A program made the position numbers and the translations under genes. From NCBI RefSeq assembly GCF_016127575.1, contig NZ_CP066019.1:540001-572000 (forward strand): DNA of 32,000 nt, in the 5' to 3' direction. This DNA is from Cupriavidus necator (GTDB taxonomy: Bacteria; Pseudomonadota; Gammaproteobacteria; Burkholderiales; Burkholderiaceae). Below, piece after piece: positions 26,619-32,000 of the stretch. A model generated the notes under the pieces. That model was not told the DNA's origin, searched no databases, and saw only the letters and a program-made list of their open reading frames with translations. Every line of letters starts with the position of its first letter. Position 1 is the stretch's first letter.

Positions 26619-28424
26619 ATGACAGCCACAGGCACCGGATTGCCGCCGGCCTGGCAGCCCGGAGATGTGCCGGCGGCGATGGTGGACCTGCTCTACCGCC
26701 AGTCCAACGCGGTCCTGTTTGCCAACTTCGTCATTGCGCTGCCGGTGGTCTATGTGCTGCGTCCCAGCGTGCCGCTGCCCATGCTGGCCGGCTGGATGGC
26801 CGCGGTGTACCTGCTGACCACGCTGCGCATCGGCCTGTCGCGGCGCTACTTCCGGCGCGACGGCAGCACGCCGCCGCAGGTGTGGGCACGCCGCTTCATG
26901 GTGCTGTCCTGGCTGTCCAGCCTGCTGTGGGGCGCCGTGGGCTCTGCCATCCTGCTGCCGCCCGAGCCGCAGCTGGTGGCGTTCTGCTGCATCGTGCTGG
27001 CCGGCATGTCCAGTGGCGCGATCCCGTCGCTGTCGGCGCATCCGGCCACCTACCGCGGTTCAGTCGCGGCCATGCTGCTGCCGTTCACCATCTATTGCCT
27101 GGTGCAGCAGGGGCCGGTGTATGGCGTCTACGCGGGCTTTGCCGCGTGCCTGCTGTGCGTCAACATCTACTACAGCCAGGTCACCTATCGCGCGCTGCGC
27201 GATGGCGTGACACTGCGCTTCGAGAACGTCGCGCTGATCGGCGAGCTTGAGCGCGAGCGCGACCGCGTCACCGCCGCGGACCGGGCCAAGACGCGCTTCC
27301 TGGCGGCCGCCGGGCACGACCTGCGCCAGCCGGTGTATGCCATCGGCCTGCAGGCGGCATCGCTGCTGACTCTGGGCGAGCGCGGCGATGTGGCAGGCGG
27401 CCAGGCGCATGCCATCGGCCACCGGCTGCAAGCCACGCTGGCGCGCATGGACAACCTGCTCGACGGCCTGCTCGACGCCTCGCGCCTGGATGCCGGCGTG
27501 ATGCCGGTGCGCCGCCAGCCGCTGCATCTGGCGCGGCTGCTGGCCGAGCTGCGCGACGAGTACGCCGAGCAGGCGTGCCAGCGCGGCAGCGTGCTGCGGG
27601 TGGTGCCGGCGCGCGCGTGGATCGACAGCGATCCGGACCTGCTCAAGCGCATCCTCGACAACCTGGTGGCCAATGCGCTGCGCCATGCGCCGCGTGCCAG
27701 CATCCTGGTGGGCGCGCGGCGCCGCGGCGATGCCATGGAGATCCAGGTGATCGACACCGGCCCGGGCATCGCCGCGGCCCAGCAGTCGCGCGTGTTCGAC
27801 GAATACGCCCAGGTGCCGGGCCTTGCCATGGCAGGCGACGACCAGGCGGGCGCAAAGGGACTGGGCCTGGGCCTGGCGATCGTGCGGCGCCTGGCGGCGC
27901 TGCTTGGCCACCAGGTGGGCCTGCGTTCCGCACCGGGGCGCGGCTGCGTGTTTTCGGTGCGCGTGCCGCTGGCTGCCGCCGCGGCGCAGGTGCATCCAGC
28001 CACCCCCGCCATTCCCGCGGCCGCTGGCGAGCCGCTCTGCGTGATGCTGGTCGACGACGACGCGCAGGTGCTGGGCGCGCTCACCGAACTGCTGTCGCTC
28101 TGGGGCCATGTGGTCTACGGCGGGCGCACCGTTGCCGCAGTGCGCGCTGCGTACCGCGCCGCCAGCCAGGACGGGCCCGCCCCGGTCCACCTGATCCTGG
28201 CCGACTACCGGCTGGCCGAAGGCCTGACCGGCATCGCTGCGGTCGGCATGCTGCGCGCCAGCCTGGGCCGCGCGGTGCCGGCGCTGATCGTCACCGGCGA
28301 CACCGCGCCAGACCGGCTGCAGGCGCTGCATGACAGCGGCTTCCCGGTGTTGCACAAGCCGATCCAGGGCGAGGCCTTGCGCGCGGCCCTGCATCGCGCG
28401 GTGCAACTGGCCGAGGCCGCCTGA
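26619..28424 (+). CDS. Hybrid sensor histidine kinase: polytopic membrane N-terminal region, HisKA, HATPase_c and a C-terminal receiver
   Basis: H-box FLAAAGHDLRQP, N-box LDNLVANALRHA, G1 DTGPGI, G2 GLGLGLAIV, receiver VMLVDDD...ILADYRL...LHKP. The start is uncertain (ATG 26619 versus TTG 26577). Confidence 0.88.
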   Translation: MTATGTGLPPAWQPGDVPAAMVDLLYRQSNAVLFANFVIALPVVYVLRPSVPLPMLAGWMAAVYLLTTLRIGLSRRYFRRDGSTPPQVWARRFMVLSWLSSLLWGAVGSAILLPPEPQLVAFCCIVLAGMSSGAIPSLSAHPATYRGSVAAMLLPFTIYCLVQQGPVYGVYAGFAACLLCVNIYYSQVTYRALRDGVTLRFENVALIGELERERDRVTAADRAKTRFLAAAGHDLRQPVYAIGLQAASLLTLGERGDVAGGQAHAIGHRLQATLARMDNLLDGLLDASRLDAGVMPVRRQPLHLARLLAELRDEYAEQACQRGSVLRVVPARAWIDSDPDLLKRILDNLVANALRHAPRASILVGARRRGDAMEIQVIDTGPGIAAAQQSRVFDEYAQVPGLAMAGDDQAGAKGLGLGLAIVRRLAALLGHQVGLRSAPGRGCVFSVRVPLAAAAAQVHPATPAIPAAAGEPLCVMLVDDDAQVLGALTELLSLWGHVVYGGRTVAAVRAAYRAASQDGPAPVHLILADYRLAEGLTGIAAVGMLRASLGRAVPALIVTGDTAPDRLQALHDSGFPVLHKPIQGEALRAALHRAVQLAEAA

Positions 28425-28525
28425 GGCCCTGCGCTGCATGCATGGCAGGAGCGGTTTATGATCGGGCTTTTCCGTTGTCCGGCGCCTTCTTGCGCAGTGC
28501 GCAAGCGCCTGAACCAGGAGCCAGT

Positions 28526-29230
28526 GTGCCCGATCTGTCCGCTTTCCCCATCACCCGCAAATGGCCGGCGCAGCATCCCGACCGCATCCAGCTGTATTCC
28601 CTGCCCACGCCCAACGGGGTCAAGGTGTCGATCATGCTGGAGGAGACCGGCCTGCCGTATGAACCGCACCTGGTGCGCTTCGACGCCAACGACCAGATGT
28701 CGCCGGAGTTCCTGTCGCTGAGCCCGAACAACAAGATTCCCGCCATCCTCGATCCCAACGGTCCGGGCGGCAAGCCGCTGGCGCTGTTCGAATCGGGCGC
28801 GATCCTGCTCTACCTGGCCGACAAGTCGGGCCAGCTGATCCCGGCCGACCCCGCGCGCCGCTACGAAACCATCCAGTGGGTGATGTTCCAGATGGGCGGC
28901 ATCGGGCCGATGTTCGGGCAGGTGGGCTTTTTCCACAAGTTCGCGGGCAAGGAGTACGAGGACAAGCGCCCGCGCGACCGCTACGTGGCCGAAAGCCGGC
29001 GCCTGCTGAATGTGCTGAACCAGCGGCTGGAAGGGCGCGACTGGATCATGGGCGACACCTACACCATTGCCGATATCGCCACCTTCCCGTGGGTGCGCAA
29101 CCTGCTTGGCTTCTATGAGGCGGGCGAACTGGTCGGCATCCAGGACTTCCCGCATGTCAGGCGCGTGCTGGAGGCCTTCGTGAAGCGCCCGGCGGTGGTG
29201 AAGGGGCTCGATACGCCGCACCGCGGCTGA
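28526..29230 (+). CDS. Nu-class glutathione S-transferase (YfcG/YghU-like)
   Basis: IQLYSLPTPNGVKVSIMLEE, SPNNKIPAI, LFESGAILLYLA, QWVMFQMGGIGPMFGQ and IADIATFPWV resemble E. coli YfcG. GTG at 28526 follows AGGAG by 5 nt. An upstream ATG at 28442 is the alternative. Confidence 0.85.
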   Translation: MPDLSAFPITRKWPAQHPDRIQLYSLPTPNGVKVSIMLEETGLPYEPHLVRFDANDQMSPEFLSLSPNNKIPAILDPNGPGGKPLALFESGAILLYLADKSGQLIPADPARRYETIQWVMFQMGGIGPMFGQVGFFHKFAGKEYEDKRPRDRYVAESRRLLNVLNQRLEGRDWIMGDTYTIADIATFPWVRNLLGFYEAGELVGIQDFPHVRRVLEAFVKRPAVVKGLDTPHRG

Positions 29231-29371
29231 GGCAGCCTGCGGCGTGCGCGCCGCGGGCGTGGGCATCGTCCTACACGGCGGCCTCCCCGGCGCCTACAGA
29301 GGGGCGGGCGGCACGCATCCTATAGTCCAGGAACAGGCGCATCGCCCTGCGTTGCCTGAGGAGCCCGGACC

Positions 29372-30703
29372 ATGCCGATGCCCATCACCTTTTCCCTGTT
29401 GCGTGTCGTTCTTTTGGCGGGCGCCACCGCTGCGCTCGCCGCCTGCGGTGAAACGGCCAAGCTGCCTTCCGAAGCGGGCTTTGGCCCCACGCCGCAGCTG
29501 CCGCCACCCAACCAGACCGCGATCCCCACCGTCAAGATCGCGCCGGCCATCGGCTGGGCCGCGGGCCAGCGCCCGGTGCCGGCCGCAGGCATGGCGGTGA
29601 CGGCCTTCGCCGACAAGCTGGACCATCCGCGCTGGGTCTATGTGCTGCCCAACGGCGACGTGCTGGTGGCCGAGAGCAATGCCCCGCCCAAGCCCGACGA
29701 CGGCAAGGGCTTCCGCGGCTGGATCATGAAGAAGGTGATGAAGCGCGCGGGCGCCGGCACCCCCAGCGCCAACCGCATCACGCTGCTGCGCGACACCAAC
29801 GGCGACGGCGTCGCCGACCAGCGCTCGGTGTTCCTAAAGGACCTGAACTCGCCGTTCGGCATGGCCCTGGTCGGCAACGACTTCTACGTAGCCGCCACCG
29901 ACGCGGTGCTGCGCTTCCCGTACCAGCCCGGACAGACCCGGATTACGGCCGCGCCCCAGAAGGTGGTGGACCTGCCCGGCGGGCCGCTCAACCATCACTG
30001 GACCAAGAGCCTGATCGCCAGCCGCGACGGCAGCAAGCTGTACGTGACGGTGGGCTCCAACAGCAACGTGGGCGAGCACGGCATGGACAAGGAGGTCGGC
30101 CGCGCCGCCATCTGGGAGGTCGACCCGCAGGCCGGCACGCACCGGATCTTTGCCAGCGGCCTGCGCAATCCCAACGGCATGGCGTGGGAACCGGTCACCG
30201 GCATGCTCTGGACCGCCGTCAACGAGCGCGATGAAATCGGCAGCGACCTGGTGCCGGACTACATCACCTCGGTGCGCGACGGCGGCTTCTATGGCTGGCC
30301 CTACAGCTACTACGGCCAGCATGTCGACGCACGCGTGAAGCCGCCGGCGCCGGACCTGGTGGCCAGGGCCATCGTGCCGGACTATGCCGTGGGGGCGCAC
30401 ACCGCATCGCTCGGGCTGGCCGCCGCCGGCGGCAACAACCTGCCGGCGCGCTTCAGCGAAGGCATGTTCGTGGGCCTGCACGGTTCGTGGAACCGCAGGC
30501 CGCTGGCGGGCTACAAGGTGATCTTCGTGCCGTTCAGCAAGGGCCGGCCCAACGGCGCGCCGTTCGACGTGCTGACCGGCTTTCTCGATGAGGACGGCAA
30601 CGCGCGCGGGCGGCCGGTGGGCGTGGCGATCGACAAGCAAGGCGGTTTGCTGGTGGCCGACGATGTCGGCAATACCGTGTGGCGGGTCAGCGGCGCGAAG
30701 TAG
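29372..30703 (+). CDS. PQQ-dependent sugar (sorbosone/glucose) dehydrogenase-like beta-propeller lipoprotein
   Basis: Lipobox LAAC. Motifs [46 protein letters not shown] and GGFYGWPY are typical of the soluble GDH/sorbosone dehydrogenase family. Confidence 0.8.
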   Translation: MPMPITFSLLRVVLLAGATAALAACGETAKLPSEAGFGPTPQLPPPNQTAIPTVKIAPAIGWAAGQRPVPAAGMAVTAFADKLDHPRWVYVLPNGDVLVAESNAPPKPDDGKGFRGWIMKKVMKRAGAGTPSANRITLLRDTNGDGVADQRSVFLKDLNSPFGMALVGNDFYVAATDAVLRFPYQPGQTRITAAPQKVVDLPGGPLNHHWTKSLIASRDGSKLYVTVGSNSNVGEHGMDKEVGRAAIWEVDPQAGTHRIFASGLRNPNGMAWEPVTGMLWTAVNERDEIGSDLVPDYITSVRDGGFYGWPYSYYGQHVDARVKPPAPDLVARAIVPDYAVGAHTASLGLAAAGGNNLPARFSEGMFVGLHGSWNRRPLAGYKVIFVPFSKGRPNGAPFDVLTGFLDEDGNARGRPVGVAIDKQGGLLVADDVGNTVWRVSGAK

Positions 30704-30780
30704 GCGGGCCAGGGCGCGGCAGCGGCGGCACCGCACCGCTAGAATGACGGCGTCCCCACACGCCGAGCCCGCTGCCGTCC

Positions 30781-31620
30781 ATGTCTCTCACGGTCTTCGC
30801 TGTCGTCCTGCTCGCCGCGTTCCTGCATGCCGCCTGGAACGCGGTGGTCAAGGGCGGCGGCGACAAGATGCTGTCGACGGTGATGGTGGCGGTGAGCGCC
30901 GGACTGACGGGCGCCGTGGCGCTGCCGGCGTTGCCGCAGCCGGCGCCGGCGAGCTGGCCGTTCATCGCCGCGTCAGTGGGCGTGCACGTGGTGTATTTCG
31001 CGCTGGTGGCACGCATCTACCACACCGCGGACATGAGCCAGACCTACCCCCTGATGCGCGGCACCGCGCCGCTGCTGGTGGCGGTGGCCAGCGTGGGCTG
31101 GCTGGGCGAGCACCTGTCGGCGCTGGCGTGGAGCGGCATCGCCGTGATCAGCCTGGGCATCCTGGCCATGGCGGGTGGTGCCCGCGGTGCCCCTGGCAGC
31201 CGTGAGGGCATGTGGCTGGCGCTGCTGAACGCAGTGGTGATCGCCGCCTATACGCTGATCGACGGCACCGGCGTGCGCCGCTCCGGCGCACCTGTGGCGT
31301 ATGCATTCTGGATCTTCGTGCTGACCGCGGTGCCGCTGGCGGCGTGGGCGCTGGTGGCGCGCCGGCCGGCACTGGGCGGCTATGTGCGGCGCAACCTGGT
31401 GTTCGCGCTGGTGGGCGGCGGCGGCACGCTGGCGTCCTATGGGCTGTCGCTGTGGGCGATGACACGCGCGCCGGTGGCCCCGGTAGCGGCCCTGCGTGAG
31501 TCCTCGATCCTGTTCGGCGCGTTGATCTCCGGGCTGCTGCTCAAGGAGCGCGTGGGCGCCGCCCGCCTGGGCGCGGCCTGCCTGATTGCCGCCGGCGTGG
31601 CCACGCTGCGCTTTGCCTGA
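30781..31620 (+). CDS. EamA/DMT-superfamily membrane transporter
   Basis: About 10 predicted TM segments. N-terminus AAFLHAAWNAVVK and two EamA-like halves. Confidence 0.75.
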   Translation: MSLTVFAVVLLAAFLHAAWNAVVKGGGDKMLSTVMVAVSAGLTGAVALPALPQPAPASWPFIAASVGVHVVYFALVARIYHTADMSQTYPLMRGTAPLLVAVASVGWLGEHLSALAWSGIAVISLGILAMAGGARGAPGSREGMWLALLNAVVIAAYTLIDGTGVRRSGAPVAYAFWIFVLTAVPLAAWALVARRPALGGYVRRNLVFALVGGGGTLASYGLSLWAMTRAPVAPVAALRESSILFGALISGLLLKERVGAARLGAACLIAAGVATLRFA

Positions 31621-31762
31621 GGGCACGTCCGGGTGCCGCTCTGAACGCCCGGCCGCTGAGCGCCGCCAGCGCTGTCTATACTTGGTTTTACCGGGGTCAG
31701 ACGGCGGAGGGGCACTGCGTCCGCGCAAACCGGCAGCCTGGCGTCGACGCCGAGGAGAGGGC

Positions 31763-32000
31763 ATGGACCACACCGCAGATTCGTTTCGGGCTTTTGAGCT
31801 GGCTGGCTGGGAAGATCCCGAGGTCGTCAGCCAGTACCAGGAGCATCTGTCGCACGTGACCCGGCAATCGGTCGAGTCCCTGCTGGACGAGGCCCATGTG
31901 ACCAGCGGGCTGCGCGTGCTGGATGTGGCCACCGGCTCCGGCCATGTCGCGGCGGGGGCGGTGCGGCGCGGCGCAGAGTCCGTCGGCATCGATTTCTCGC
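31763..32000 (+). CDS. Class I SAM-dependent methyltransferase, 5' partial (runs off the window)
   Basis: My translation from ATG 31763 (after GAGGAGAGG): MDHTADSFRAFELAGWEDPEVVSQYQEHL...GLRVLDVATGSGHVAAGAVRRGAESVGIDFS. It contains SAM motif I (VLDVATGSG). Confidence 0.7.
   Translation, partial: MDHTADSFRAFELAGWEDPEVVSQYQEHLSHVTRQSVESLLDEAHVTSGLRVLDVATGSGHVAAGAVRRGAESVGIDFS

Noticed and set aside
28442-28525. Upstream ATG (28442) as the start of the GST gene
   Set aside because: The extra 28 residues (MAGAVYDRAFPLSGAFLRSAQAPEPGAS) have no counterpart in YfcG-like GSTs. GTG at 28526 has an AGGAG 5 nt upstream. The longer form is kept as an alternative.

Overview
High-GC (roughly two-thirds G+C by eye) beta-proteobacterial chromosomal DNA. 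The Bug-family binding protein, the GGGAGAGGGAG-type palindromic hairpins and the gene content suggest a Cupriavidus/Ralstonia-like organism; this is inference, as no search was run. All protein calls come from motif and family recognition on the supplied translations.

Layout:
(1) 1-7981: 3' end of a multicomponent phenol hydroxylase operon (reductase, XylT-like ferredoxin), then a catechol meta-cleavage operon with only the dehydrogenase (4-oxalocrotonate) branch: C23O, HMS dehydrogenase, hydratase, decarboxylase, tautomerase, acetaldehyde dehydrogenase, aldolase.
(2) 8093-12027: a frameshifted cytoplasmic serine hydrolase (beta-lactamase fold), a PLP-dependent Ser/Thr dehydratase-like gene, and an E. 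coli-like RtcB RNA ligase with no rtcA or rtcR nearby.
(3) 12.1-13.35 kb: a low-GC islet with one orphan lipoprotein gene and about 0.5 kb of apparently non-coding DNA.
(4) 13354-18141: the most interesting block. It holds a Bug-family periplasmic binding protein, a 601-aa fusion of PhnN (ribose-1,5-bisphosphate kinase) with an AMP-phosphorylase-like (family 2 thymidine phosphorylase) domain, a divergent MarR regulator, and a NadC (quinolinate phosphoribosyltransferase) paralog. The fusion gene and the nadC paralog carry nearly identical ~72-bp promoter/operator modules. I propose a co-regulated, PRPP-synthase-independent phosphoribosylation module.
(5) 18153-22542: flagellar fliLMNOPQR operon on the minus strand.
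(6) 22986-25577: acnB, with a clear sigma70 promoter and intrinsic terminator.
(7) 25735-32000: a LuxR-type response regulator divergent from a hybrid sensor kinase, a Nu-class GST, a PQQ-type (sorbosone/glucose dehydrogenase-like) lipoprotein, an EamA transporter, and the 5' end of a SAM methyltransferase.

I recognised no CRISPR arrays, tRNA or rRNA genes, transposases or integrases. Many long ORFs in the track are antisense or alternative-frame artefacts of the high GC content.
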